64,000 nucleotides of DNA, taken from contig OZ024740.1 of the NCBI GenBank assembly GCA_964016885.1, forward strand, positions 267,592,001 to 267,656,000. Reading direction: 5' to 3'. Below, piece after piece: positions 1 to 12,632 of the stretch (its first letter is position 1; each line of letters opens with the position of its first letter). The notes below the pieces were generated by a model that worked only from the letters and a program-made list of their open reading frames with translations, was not told where the DNA came from and searched no databases. Position numbers and translations under genes: made by a program. Source of the stretch: Eledone cirrhosa. Taxonomy: Eukaryota.

Positions 1-128
1 TGCCATTCTGCGTTCAAATCCCGCCGAGGTTAACTTTGCCTTTCATCCTTACGGGGGGTCGATAAAATAAAGTACCAGTAATGCACTGGGTAATTTGCTG
101 ACCTTGTGCCAAAAGTAGAAACAATTAT
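1..128 (+). mobile_element. tRNA-derived SINE family A (Deu/Nin-like core), 3' part
   Basis: gttcaaatcccgccgagg (B-box-like), then gcctttcatcc..ggggtcgataaaataaagtaccagt core and (ATT)n tail; many near-identical copies in the window. Confidence 0.85.
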
Positions 129-213
129 TTGCTATCATCATGAATATAGTGATTATGACTACAACTATCATCCATCATGCTCATCATTACTAACATCGTT
201 TGTACTCTCGTAG

Positions 214-245
<32 letters not shown>

Positions 246-399
246 CCATCATCATCATTAAACCACAACCAGTGCCATTTATAACCACCTCCATTGCTAA
301 CATCAACACCACCAACACCGCTACCTAGGAGATCAAACCAGTGTAAATTTATGTTAGATGACAATCGCTACTTTTATATAAATGTTCACTTATTTTCTT

Positions 400-469
400 C
401 ACTCTCTCTCTGTCTCTGTCTCTGTCTGTCTCTCTCTCTGTCTCTTTCTGTCTGTCTCTTTCTGTCTGG

Positions 470-509
<40 letters not shown>

Positions 510-619
510 GTCAGTCTGTTGGCCACTCTCGTTGTCTCTCTGTCTGACTCTCTCTCTCTCACACTGTCTCTGGTTTTCTCTCTCTATCGTGCTGTCTTTG
601 ACTGGTTCTCCTTCTGTCT

Positions 620-660
<41 letters not shown>

Positions 661-718
661 TCTCTCTGGTTTTCTCTCTCTATCGTGCTGTCTTTGCCTG
701 TCTAACTCTCTCTCTCTC

Positions 719-756
<38 letters not shown>

Positions 757-813
757 TGTCTCTGGTTTTCTCTCTCTATCGTGCTGTCTTTGACTGGTTC
801 TCCTTCTGTCTGG

Positions 814-844
<31 letters not shown>

Positions 845-899
845 TGTCTCTGGTTTTCTCTCTCTATCTTGCTGTCTTTGACTGGTTCTCCTTCTGTCT

Positions 900-958
<59 letters not shown>

Positions 959-1000
959 TGTCTCTGGTTTTCTCTCTCTATCTTGCTGTCTTTGACCGGT

Positions 1001-1049
<49 letters not shown>

Positions 1050-1210
1050 TGTCTCTGGTTTTCTCTCTCTATCTTGCTGTCTTTGACTGGTTCTCCTTCT
1101 GTCTGGCTCTCTCTCTCTCTCTCTCACACTGTCTCTGGTTTTCTCTCTCTATCTTGCTGTCTGTCTCTCTCTCTCCGTCTCTGTCTGTCTCTCTCCCTTT
1201 CTCACTCTCT
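400..1210. repeat. (CT)n microsatellite containing about 7 copies of a ~65-bp module (cacactgtctctggttttctctctctatcttgctgtctttgactggttctccttctgtctgg)
   Basis: Module recurs near 560, 655, 752, 840, 954, 1045 and 1125, separated by variable (CT)n. Confidence 0.9.
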
Positions 1211-1826
1211 ATGTGCATCTCTTTGTTTTTATTTTCTGTCTTCCTCTCTCCTTTCTTTTTCTCTATTTCCATTTCTCTATTTCCATTTCTCTACTTCTAT
1301 TCCCCCCCCCCCTCTTCATCCCTTTCAATGTATTTTTCTTATTCTCTATGCATCTGTTTATCTACCAATTCTCTTTTCCTCCCCCCAAACCCCACTCCCC
1401 CACAATACCCCCCCCCCCCTTCAAATGTTTCTCACACTTTATGTCCTTTCTCTGTCTATATATCATTCTCTCCCACTCTCTCTCTCTCTTTTTTTTTTTT
1501 GGCTCTCCTCTGACTTTCTTAACATTTCTCCTTTCTAATTTCATGCCTTCTATTTATCTTTTCATCTTTCTCTAACTAACAAGTGTGTATATATGTATAT
1601 GCACGTATCTGAATATATTCATGTGTATTTTTACATACATATGTATGTTAGTGTATTAAATATGTGTGCATGCATGCGTGTCTGCTTCATCAAATCTAAC
1701 CTGGGGTTAAAAAGCAGTAACAGAAAGAACTAACAATAAGGGATCTTCTATATGGTTACTTATGTCAGAAGTAGCAACAAAATCACCTCAGTTTTCATGC
1801 CAACATATTGTATGATGTCAGTTTAA

Positions 1827-2015
1827 CCATTTAGCATTTAAACCAGTCATATCCGGCCAGAATTCTTTCACCTGTTCAAACCGGCTGCTCATACTGAAAT
1901 TAAGGTATTTTTCTCAAAATAGATATCAAAATCTCATAGATTCAATATTATGTGAGATAAAGTGTTTACCATGAAAATATAATAGTACATATAGAGTAAT
2001 GTTAATGCTAAAGGA
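1827..2015 (+). mobile_element. piggyBac-like MITE family 1
   Basis: TTAA|CCATTTAGCATT ... AATGCTAAAGGA|TTAA termini; homologous to 9608, 54411 and 54681. Confidence 0.8.
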
Positions 2016-2019
2016 TTAA

Positions 2020-2380
2020 CCCTTTCATTACCATATTTCTAATGAAACACACTGACCATGATTTTCAAATAATTTTGAAAATAATTAAGAATTTGGAGAG
2101 ATTTTGTAAAATCTCATATACCAACTAAACAATATGTTGATTAGCTACCTGGTCTTATAAATGGGGTTTGGATTTTTGCTCATTTCTCGGACATAAAATA
2201 GGGGGTTGGCTTATATTCAGATTGGCTTGTATTTGAGTATAAACGATCATTAAATTGCTCATTAAGGTGGTGCTTAGAGCATAACTTAAATATTCTTCTA
2301 TAAAATTAAGAAGAAAGAATCTTAGATAAATATAAATACATTAAAATAGTTTTGTAATCAGTTTGCTATAAAAAAGATTA
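2020..2380 (+). mobile_element. piggyBac-like MITE family 2 (decayed), with a Tc2-like MITE fragment nested at ~2110-2245
   Basis: TTAA|CCCTTTCATTACCATATTTC start shared with ~8338, ~29555 and ~55665; internal segment matches the 59359 MITE. Confidence 0.55.
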
Positions 2381-2757
2381 AATATACAAAAAGACAAGTT
2401 TAGATATGGCTGACTTGGAGTTAAATAACAACCAGAGAAATATGTAAATGAAGAGATAATGTTAAACTATTATTATTAGTTGTAATAGTTAGGTCAATGA
2501 AATAAAGTACCAGTAATGCACTGGATGAATCTACTTGCATTTTCCTACCCAAAAATTGAAGGTCTTATGTCTCTTGTGCCAAGAAGTAGAAACAATTATT
2601 ACTAGTGGAAAAGTGAGAGATAAATCATAACTCCTGAGTTGCTGCAGTAGAAAGAAACATATCAAGATACTGAGATATTCTCAGACTAGAGACAAGGTTA
2701 GAATACTTGAAACATAGGAGTCATTTTTAAAATAATCCAAGAGCCTATATGTTTCTC

Positions 2758-3074
2758 TGTTTCATTGTTTTGTAGATGTGTGTATGTATGTGTGTCGTTT
2801 TTCGAAATATTTACTTCTGCATTCACAGATTGATTTTTTTAGTTTCAGAAGATCCCGTTAAGGGTGAAAGCAGCGATTCTTTGCTTAAACTTTAAGCTGT
2901 CATTTTAATATATATATATATATATATATAAATAACAGATTAAAGTTTAAGCAAAGAATCGCTGCTTTCACCCTTAACGGGATCTTCTGAAACTAAAAAA
3001 ATCAATCTGTGAACGCAGAAGTAAATATTTCGAAAAACGACACACATACATACACACATCTACAAAACAAAGAA

Positions 3075-3077
<3 letters not shown>
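2758..3077. repeat. Long inverted repeat (~145-bp arms) with a (TA)n spacer
   Basis: 2765-2905 is the reverse complement of 2930-3070 with about 3 mismatches. Confidence 0.95.
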
Positions 3078-3109
<32 letters not shown>

Positions 3110-3592
3110 AACAGAATAAATGGAGGAGAATGCAATACCTTTAAAACCAAACTTTACATCTATACAATAGCGAGTAACAGTTCACACATATATTTGTGCA
3201 TGTGCGCACACATATACATTGTTGTTAATGATATTAATATAGAATCTTCAGAGAAGAAAGAATTGTTTATATTGATATTATTTGAGGTTAGTCCAACTAA
3301 TCATTCTTTGGATAAAAATTCCTTTAAAAGGAGAGTTAAATAGATGCTTAATCTTCTAAATATTAACCTTTCTATAATATTTAACACAACACCCCTAAGC
3401 ATTGAGCACACCTCGCTTCAGCTATTGTCGTCTAGTATACTGAATCACACGTTTTTCTCTCTCCTCCTTTCTTATGATACATAGCTCTTCTTTAATAACA
3501 TCATCATTATCATTATCGTTTATGTCTATCTTCCACGCTAGTATGGGTTACATATATATATATATATATACACACACATACATATATATATA

Positions 3593-3995
3593 ATAATTGT
3601 TTCTGCGTTAGGCACAAAGCCAGCAATTACCCAGTGCATTACTGGTACTTTATTTTATCGACCCCGTAAGGAGGAAAGGCAAAGTCAACCTCGGCGGGAT
3701 TTGAACTCAGACCGCAAAGGGACGTAACTATGCTGGAAAGCATGGCGTCCGACCCTCTACTGATACTGCCATAATAGTTGTTTCTACTTTAGGCACAACG
3801 CCAGTAATTTGAAGGCGAGGGGAAAGTCGATTAAATCAACACCAGTGCATTACTGGTACTTTATTTTATCGACTGCGTAGGGATGGAAGGCAAAGCTAAC
3901 TTCGGTGGAATTTGCACTCAGAACATAAAGGCCCATAACTATGTCGCTAAGCATGTTGTCTGACGCTCTACCGGTTCTGCCAATCCACCACCCTT
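3593..3995 (-). mobile_element. Two tandem SINE family A copies (short and long subfamily)
   Basis: Reverse-complement match to SINE A consensus at ~3593-3770 and ~3775-3995. Confidence 0.85.
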
Positions 3996-4169
3996 AATAA
4001 TAATACTACTAACAATGATAAAGAGTAGGAATGAGGTATCAAAATATCATCATGTTTATTCATGTGCGACATGTGTTTCACAATCAATCAACTTAAGGTA
4101 CAATCAGTATCAATTGCATCCGACTCTGGAATCAATAGCTCATCAGATTCATGGTTTCTTTATATATAA

Positions 4170-4213
<44 letters not shown>

Positions 4214-4260
4214 TTATTTACATACTCACATATATATATATATTTACATCACTCACACAT

Positions 4261-4292
<32 letters not shown>

Positions 4293-4588
4293 GGATAGAG
4301 AATTGGAAAGAAAAATAAACTGTAGGAAACGGCTAAACAAAGATGCTATCACCAAAAAATAAAAGGGGGGGGGGGGGGGGCGAATGGCAAGAAATGAAAG
4401 AAAGAGAAAATGGAAATGTTGAAGAGGTGGCAATTTGATAATTCCAATGTGAACAGAAGCAACTGGTGTATGCTAATGAAGACACTGTTGCATGGAATAC
4501 TCAAAATGAAAACTATACAGAGGATAGCAATTGGCACATGCTGATAAAATACATTTTCACATGAATTGTTTGAAGAACATGTAATGTA

Positions 4589-5206
4589 TCATATATACTC
4601 AAATATAAACTGATCTGAATTATGAGCCCCCCCCCCCCCATTTTATGTCTGAGAAATGCGCCAAATCCAAATCCCATTTCTAAGCCAAAGCAGCTAATCA
4701 ACACATTGTTTAGATGGTGAATATAACATTTTAACATTGATTTCTTTTTTTAGGGGGGTCACATAATCCTGGTAGTGAGACATGGGCAGCAACTTTGGAG
4801 GATATACGGCGGCTGAAGAGAAATGAAGCAAGCATGCTCCAATGGATGTGCAAAGTCAATGAACGACCAAGCATAGATGAGATGAGAGAGAAACTGTGTA
4901 TAAGCGGGATAAGCTGTAGTGTGTGGGAGAGAAGACTGCTTTGGTATGGACATGTGATGCACATGGAAGATGACAGCTGGGTGAAGAAGTGCCAAGAAAT
5001 CCTGGTGGAAGGAAGTTGCAATAGAGGAAGACCACGAAAAACATAGGTGGAGGTGGTGAGAGCTGACCACAGATCACTGAAGCTCACAGAGGATCGTAAC
5101 ACATGGAGTGATGCTGTGCTGAAGAGGAACCATTCTACCCTTGCAAGCAGGGAAAAGTGGATGTAAAATGATGATGAATCCCCGGCTTATATTCAAGTAT
5201 ATACAG
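4589..5206. mobile_element. Tc2/pogo-like MITE interrupted by an RTE insertion
   Basis: TIR-like ends TA|TCATATATACTCAAATATAA ... TTATATTCAAGTATATACAG|TA; interior homologous to 59359-59547. Confidence 0.7.
4770..5176 (+). mobile_element. 5'-truncated RTE-clade LINE 3' end
   Basis: Translation GSETW...RLKRNEASMLQWMC...RRLLWYGHVMHM...RGRPRKT; (GAT)n tail; AATCC duplicated on both sides. Confidence 0.9.
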
Positions 5207-5377
5207 TAAATTCAATAGCACAATAGTACAAAACAAGAAATATGTAACTACAATAAAATATTTTCCCCTCACTCCTTATGTGTTTATGATGCTGAGAAGA
5301 AGGTACATGTAAGATTTTCTGAAGATGACTTTCTATGTGTGGATAGGTATCAGCTAGGTCATAAAGCAGCTGAAATG

Positions 5378-5575
5378 TAAGGGTCAGCAGAAAAGTTCAT
5401 AGGCTGACTATGAAAGATTGATACTAGAGCTGTGAAATCTTGCATGCATTAATTTCAACTCTTCTTATTAATAACTGCATTGTTTCTTTCTAGGAACTAT
5501 GTTGAAAAATAAACCTCATTTGGTCATTCCATGAGAGTATCTTGGTCAGCCTATGAACCTTTCAGCTAACCCTTG
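5378..5575. mobile_element. mariner-like MITE
   Basis: ~30-bp TIRs aagggtcagcagaaaagttcataggctgac / gtcagcctatgaacctttcagctaaccctt; second copy at 49347. Confidence 0.8.
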
Positions 5576-6144
5576 TAGTAACCATTGTATGTCGAAGAGG
5601 AAGAAATAGAGGTGGACATTGGAGCAGTTTTTAGTTATACATAATTGAGGTTTGCAGAAAATTTGCCAACTGAATCAGGCTAATGATCCATTGCACTTTT
5701 TTTCTTTTGTCTCTAAGATGACAGAAAGGTTGAGATATGTCCCTGATCGGTGTGAATAATATAAGAATAAATACACAGATGGAATATTATACATAAAGGA
5801 TGAGGTATCTAATCAATGATTTTGTATGAGCAAGATGTAGTTCTATAACTAGTTTAGTCTTGGTCTATGACAATCCACATACCGAGATGGAAACTAGATG
5901 GATGGATGGGTGATGGTGGTGGTGATGATGATGATGATGATAATGATGATGCAAATTACTATGATCTATGTTAGTTGTTCACCAAAGATACTACTGAAAC
6001 CACATCTTTGAACTTATATTTATTTACCATCTACATTCTACAGAGGACCCACCTTCCTTTGCATACAAACTTAAAGCTACAGCCAGTAGGCACTTCTTAA
6101 CCCAATATACACCCCACACACCCTACGCCATCCTCCCATTTCCG

Positions 6145-6420
6145 TCCACTGTAAAGTGGTTGTGTAGGTGACACGACAAAAAGCATCCAGTACACACTGC
6201 GAAGCGGTCATGTGGGAGACACGGTAAAAAGGCTTCCAGTCCACAGTGTAAATGTGGTTGGTGTTAGGAAGGGCATCCAGCTGTAGAAAACCTGCCAGAA
6301 ACAGTTCTGTACGAGCGAGACATGGTCATCCGACCAATCTCGCCTCAAGTGGGACAAAACCATCTAACCCATGCTAGCGTAGAAGATGGACGTTAAACGA
6401 TGATGATGATGATGATGATT
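6145..6420 (+). mobile_element. RTE-tailed SINE body (48-bp-like units plus bipartite RTE tail)
   Basis: ggttggtgttaggaagggcatccagctgtagaaa motif and aacccatgctagc...gacgttaaacgatgatgat tail. Confidence 0.75.
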
Positions 6421-6999
6421 CCGTATCAGTTTTGTGACCAATCTATCATTCATTCATTGTTAACATACTTCTGGACATTATACATATATTGTACACATAT
6501 GTTTAAGAAAGATGTTATGAATATGATTATAATCTTCAACAACCAATCGAATTTAGACACTAGATTCTATTCTATTCTCTAATGTTCGGAGTATCAAGTA
6601 TTGACACAAATAACTTCGAAGAATCTCATTGATGCAAATATTGATTCTGTTACATGATTCATGCACAGAATTGAGAATAGTTAAATACAATTTGTCAAAA
6701 AGCTCCAGAGATACATTTTTAAAGAACAGGATTCTGAATTCTAGCAATTTTGGAGGCTTACTCCGTGATGTCTATCACGATATCAATTTTGTTTATTTGT
6801 GAATGCTATTTTACTACTTTTTATCAACTTCAAAATTAGTTAAACATATAGAAAAAGCTAGCATTATTGGAAAGGACTATAAATGCCATAAATGAGAGGA
6901 AAAGTAGGAGAAGAGCAAGGACTACTAGACAAAGGAAGAAAGAGGGAAGGGGAGTGGTTGACAGACTCTACAATAAATGTTTATATTGTAATTATTCAA

Positions 7000-7250
7000 A
7001 CACTCATTCCAAGTGGGTCCTGTCAGAAGCAACCATCTCTAACTGATCTGGTTGGGTTTCCAAGTCAGACCAACCAATCTCATAGATGTTATCCAACCAT
7101 CTTGCTTGAGGTCTAACCTTGGGTCTACTGTCAGTTGGTTTTGCCCATAAAATCTGTCCAGCAATTCTTTCCTGAGATATTCTAACCTAACCACATGTCC
7201 TTAGTATTGGAGCTGTGATCTCTCAATTCGGAGAAGTAGCAGTTATGAAT
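7000..7250 (-). mobile_element. RTE-like LINE 3' remnant (second family)
   Basis: Reverse-complement homology to 14790-15025. Confidence 0.7.
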
Positions 7251-8079
7251 GGCATTTGTTTTTAGTAATTTTGTATTCAGATATGTAAACAATAATGATA
7301 AGGTCAGGTTAGAATAGAAAGACAGGAAATGAATAATATTTATATAATTTGCATATTCAGTGCTTAAAGTTCTGTTTTAGTTAAATTTATAGAAATATTT
7401 TGTGTGTGAAACAGTATACACATTTTATTAGAAAAATCTCAATTTTCAATTACTCTTTTACCTGTTCAAGCCATCTGGCTCAAAACAGCGCCAGTGGTCG
7501 ATAAGTTTGATAATATCAACTTTGATATTAGATATAAACGAAGTAATCACATGGCTAAGCTCCCACACAGATTACATAAAAATAATAAGGTATTTAATAT
7601 TTAGTCAAACATAAAGAAAAAGAAAGTAGCAACCATTCTCCTTTAGCCAAGGAGAGACACCTTAAAGCCAACCTCTACACAGTTGCTCAACCTGTTAGAA
7701 ATAGTAGCCATATTTTCTTCCAATGAGACTCCATCTTAAGAATAAAAAGGATATACTGGATAATAATGGTTCTAGATTCACTGACTAATTAAAAAAAAAT
7801 GGGATGGATAAGCCTGGAATGCCTTTGATCATAGATCTGCTTGATCAGAACTGATGTATGGCTGAACTAACACATCTAGAATATACATTAAGACAAAAGA
7901 AAAAGAAAAATAGAAAGAAAAAACTAAAATAGAGTTTCAAAAGTTCCAATAATAGCTACTCATATAGCTATCATATTCAGACAATGAACCTATCCCTCAA
8001 TATAGACAGGCCTCAGATAAAATGTGCCAACTGAAGCTTTACAATAGGAATTGTTCTAGCATGAGAAAAATACACCTAG

Positions 8080-8320
8080 CCCACTCTGTGAGGTGGTTGT
8101 GCTAGTACTACAATAAAAAAAAACATTCAGCCTACCCTGTAAGGTGGTAGTGCTGGAGCCTTGACAAAAAGACACTCAGCTCAGCCTGGAAGGTGGTAGT
8201 GCTGGGACCCTGACAAAAAGTACCCAGTCCACCTTGTAAGGTGGTAGGTAGTACTGGTGCTAGGATAAAAAGTACACCTTGTAAGTTGCTAGTGTTGGTG
8301 CTATGGTAAAAAGCAGACAG
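8080..8320 (+). repeat. Degenerate tandem array of the SINE-internal ~45-48-bp unit
   Basis: Recurring ...aaaaa(g)cac(c)cag..c.c.ctgtaaggtggtagtgctgg... Confidence 0.65.
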
Positions 8321-8674
8321 TTCCTTTTGGGAGCATTTAACCCTTTCATTATCATATTTCTAATGAAATGAAGGATTTTGTAAAATCATTATGACATTAG
8401 GAAAGCAAGTTGCCATAGAAACCAAGCCAAAAGCAGAACATATTAACAAGACATGGTCATTTAATCAGTCTAGCCTGAGAACATGACAACCTGTCTAACC
8501 TAAGCAAGCATGGAAAATAGAAGTTAAACAGTGTTGTTGATGATGATAATGATGGTGATCAGAATGATAATGATGACCTGGAGCATGAAGTGGAGAAATG
8601 AAGTGTGATGTCACATAATATATTAGACGCAGTCATCAATAACCTTGTACATTTAACAAGTGTTTAGATGTGAA

Positions 8675-8935
8675 GACACCACCACCACACCCACAACCAC
8701 CACCATCACCACCATCATCATCAACCACATCAACCGTCCCCAGCACCAGCACCAGCACCACCATCATCACCATCACAATGTCCATCACCACCACCACCAT
8801 CATCATCACCATCACAATGTCTACCTCCACCACCACCATCACTACAACAACAACCACATCAACCACCACCAGCACCATCACAACCACTACCACCAACACC
8901 ATCACCTCCAGAACCACCATCATCACAAGCACTAC
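8675..8935. repeat. (CAC/CAT)n cryptic trinucleotide repeat
   Basis: Direct inspection; gives spurious His/Thr-rich ORFs. Confidence 0.9.
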
Positions 8936-9607
8936 TGATTTAAAAATGGAGCAATCTCTTTCCTAAAGATGAATTTTATTCAACAAATTTCAATTAGATT
9001 ATATAATGTTAGCATTAAAAACAGAAACAAAGAAGAGAAAAAGAAGTTAAATAGCAAAAGCAAGGGAAGGGGAGGTAGTGGCAGACTCTATACCCCTGTC
9101 TAGGTGGTATGTTACAGCTGGACCCAGCAGACAAAACACACTCACACATGTATATCATGACTCATACACTGTCCATTTTCCTGACATTTGTACATTATTC
9201 TATGTACTATACATGCACCTTTGATGAGTTGTAGTACACCTGAGCACTGTACACCACCACATCATCATTCACATCCTCACCATCCTCATCCTCGCCATCC
9301 TCATCCTTACCATCCTCATCCTCATCATTATTAAGGTATAACTATAGAGAACAGCCAGTGATACTTGATGCATCAGGCACTTTATCTCTCGAGGCTCAGG
9401 TAGGATGGACTCCTCCCACTTTTGCTGAGGAAAATGGTACTTTGGGGACTGAGGCAACCAGAATAATAAACCACAAGATCAAATAATGAATACATTCAAA
9501 ATATCTGTTCCATGAAAGTATATATAAGCTATTACCTGCACATTATCTATGATGTATTAAAGAAAGATTTAAAAAAATATCTACAAGTTTATACATTTCT
9601 TACTTAA

Positions 9608-9827
9608 CCCTTTAATGTTCAAACCGGCCAAAACTGGCCAGAATTCTCTACCTCTTTCTATTGAAACTGGCTGTAACTGGCCACTCATACTGATGTTAAG
9701 GTATTTTTCTCAAAATAAATACTTTCAAAATCTCATAGATTCGGTATTTTGTGAGATAATTATGCGAGGTAAAGCCTTTACCATGAAAATATAATAGTAT
9801 ATATAGAATAATGTGAATACTAACGGG
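9608..9827 (+). mobile_element. piggyBac-like MITE family 1
   Basis: TTAA|CCCTTTAATG ... TACTAACGGG|TTAA. Confidence 0.8.
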
Positions 9828-10169
9828 TTAAGCTGAAGGTCCACACATTCATCTAGGGTGTGTTTCTGGATTTGTTTTGGGAAGGCTATGTGTGAGCAGG
9901 CAATTGTGTATGTGATTGTGTGACACCCATGAATGAGATCCTGATGTTTTAATGGTTTCTGATTTAGACACAAGGCCAACAATTTGGGACAAGGGGAAAG
10001 TTGATTAAATCAAACTCAGTGCATCATTGGTACTCTATTTTATTGATCCTGCAAAGATGAAAGGTAGGTTTTAACTGTGATTGATGCACAGCAGCAGTAA
10101 GTAGCAAGAGCTTACAGGAAACAAACTCCTTTAAATGATCAGAGGGCTTTGTATAAGTAGTTGATAATT

Positions 10170-10695
10170 TCTGTTACCTGCATGACTAAATTAGCAGTGG
10201 AAGTGGGTGTTCTGAAAGTATAGTAGCCAGAGTGAGAATGGGATAGAAAAAGTTCAGGGAGGTATTATTGCTGCTAGTTACAAAAGCCTTTTTCCTCAAA
10301 ACAAAACAAAAAACAGATTGCATGAAGCTTGTATACGAACAGCAATGCTGCATGGAAGTGAGACCTGTGCAATATGTGCAGAAGATCTACAAAGATTGAA
10401 AAGAAATGAAGCTGGAATGCTTTGATGGATGTGTAATAGTAGTGCACATGAATAACAAAGCATCAATGATCTGAAAAAGAAACTAGGCATAAGGGGGGTT
10501 AGATGGTGTGTGCAGGAGAAGAAATTGCAGTGGTGTTTGGCACTAGGATAGGTATCCAGGCATAGGTTCCAAGCCAAAGTGCAGATCTGTATGAACAAGA
10601 CATGGTCATCTGACCTGAATTGTCTCATAACAAGACAACCCATCTAACCCATGCTAGCATGAGAAAATGTACATTAAACAGTGATGGTGATGATA
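10170..10695 (+). mobile_element. Decayed RTE LINE C-terminal fragment joined to an RTE-type tail
   Basis: Translation ESIVARVRMG*KKFRE...ACIRTAMLHGSETC...LQRLKRNEAGML*WMC. Confidence 0.8.
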
Positions 10696-10737
10696 CATGC
10701 ACACACATATATATATATATTATTTAATATAGAAATG

Positions 10738-10787
10738 GCTTCTACAGGACTAGAAATGTTTTATTCGAAGGAAATCATCAGGAAAGC
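10738..10787 (-). ncRNA. Type I hammerhead ribozyme motif (decayed; GAAA reads AAAA) in a (TA)n-flanked element spanning ~10721-10866
   Basis: Minus strand reads gctttc-CTGATGA-tttccttcgaat-aAAAC-atttctagtcct-GTA-gaagc; homologous to both arms of 57321-57434. Confidence 0.65.
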
Positions 10788-10943
10788 ATATAATTTGTTG
10801 AGTGCTTTATATCAGTTATACAAATATTTGCTTGTTGTATCCCAACAAATTAAATATAACTTCTACATATATATATATATATATATATATAAATTATTAG
10901 AGAAACATGATCATCATACATATTAAATATGTATTGATACCTT

Positions 10944-10989
<46 letters not shown>

Positions 10990-10990
<1 letters not shown>

Positions 10991-11177
10991 CGAAGGAAAT
11001 GTGGTAAGGAACCAAGTGGACCATAACGCACCAAAGTACTCAATACTTAGGGTAGTAGAGTGGGTAATAGGAACGAGTAGGACCCCGACGGCTGAGCTCA
11101 AGCCGTTTCGACGGCTAATTCAGTCCAGAATTAGCCGTTGAAACAGCTTGAGCTCAACCGTCGGGGTCCTACTCGTT

Positions 11178-11182
<5 letters not shown>
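10990..11182 (-). mobile_element. (TA)n-embedded fold-back element: palindrome 11067-11182 plus unique tail 10990-11066, containing the 3' half of a hammerhead
   Basis: 55-bp arms with 3 mismatches and a 6-nt loop; minus strand reads ...GCCGTC-GAAACGGCT-tgagctc-AGCCGTC-GGGG; (TA)n on both sides. Confidence 0.75.
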
Positions 11183-11228
<46 letters not shown>

Positions 11229-11419
11229 TATGTATATAGACTATTATATAGACTATTATACTATGTCTGTGTTAAAAATCTGGATCAATAATATATATAT
11301 GAGTCTGAAATGTGTACTTGTATTGATATGATGATAAAAACTTCCCTAAAGGTGAATGCCCCACTGTAGCTGCAGTCCAATGAAGGACAATAGTAACAAA
11401 GTAACATACAATTTTTTGT

Positions 11420-12445
11420 ATGCACACATACACACAAACATACAGACACACACACATACAGACATACATACACACACATACAAACACACATACATACAGA
11501 TACAGACACACACAGATTCAGACACACACACACATACATACATACATACAGATACAGACACACACAGACAGACACACACAGACACACACACATACACAGA
11601 CAGACACACACACAGATACACACACACATACACACACACACACACACACAGATACAGACAGACAGACAGACACACAGATACAGACATACACACAGACAGA
11701 CACACACAGACACAGACAGACATAGACAGACAGACAGACAGACAGACACACACATACATACATACACACATACATACACACACATACAAACACACACGCA
11801 TACAGACACACACAGATTCAGACACACACATCCATACATACAGACACAGACAGACACACACACATACAGACACACACACACACAGACAGACACACACAGA
11901 TACAGACAGACACACACAGATACACACACACATACACACACATACACACACACACACACACACAGATACAGACAGACACACACACATACACACACAGCTA
12001 CAGACATACACACACATACAAACACACACACATACACACACAGATACACACACACACATACACACAGATACACACACACACACACAGATACAGACAGACA
12101 GACACACACACACACACACACACATATACAGACACACACAGACAGACACACATACACACACAGACAGACACACACACACAGACACACATATACACACATA
12201 CACACACACAGACACACACACACAGACAGACACACACAGATACACACACAGATACAGACACACACACACACAGATACAGACATACATACACACACATACA
12301 AACACACACACATACACATACACACACAGATACAGACACACACAGATACACACACACATACACACAGATACACACACACACACAGATACAGACAGACAGA
12401 CACACACACACACACACAGATACAGACACACACCCATACAAACAC
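11420..12445. repeat. ~1-kb compound (CA)n/(CAGA)n/(CATA)n microsatellite
   Basis: Direct inspection. Confidence 0.95.
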
Positions 12446-12464
12446 ATGTGTGTGTATGTGAGCG

Positions 12465-12632
12465 TCTATTAGAGTCGGACGCCATGCTTTCCAGCATAGT
12501 TACGTCCCTTTACGATCTGAGTTCAAATCCAGCCGAGGTTGACTTTGCCTTTCATCCTTACGGGGTCGATAAAATAAAGTACCAGTAATGCACTGGTAAT
12601 TGCTGGCCTTGTGCCTAAAGTAGAAACAATTA
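12465..12632 (+). mobile_element. SINE family A (short subfamily)
   Basis: Near-identical to 16280 and 27672 copies. Confidence 0.85.

Noticed and set aside
294-1575. Ser/Leu-rich ORFs
   Set aside because: (CT)n repeat artefact
8660-8966. His-rich or mucin-like ORFs
   Set aside because: Cryptic trinucleotide repeat with no supporting splice or gene context
11285-12588. ~400-aa Cys/Val or His/Thr ORFs
   Set aside because: (CA)n compound microsatellite read-through
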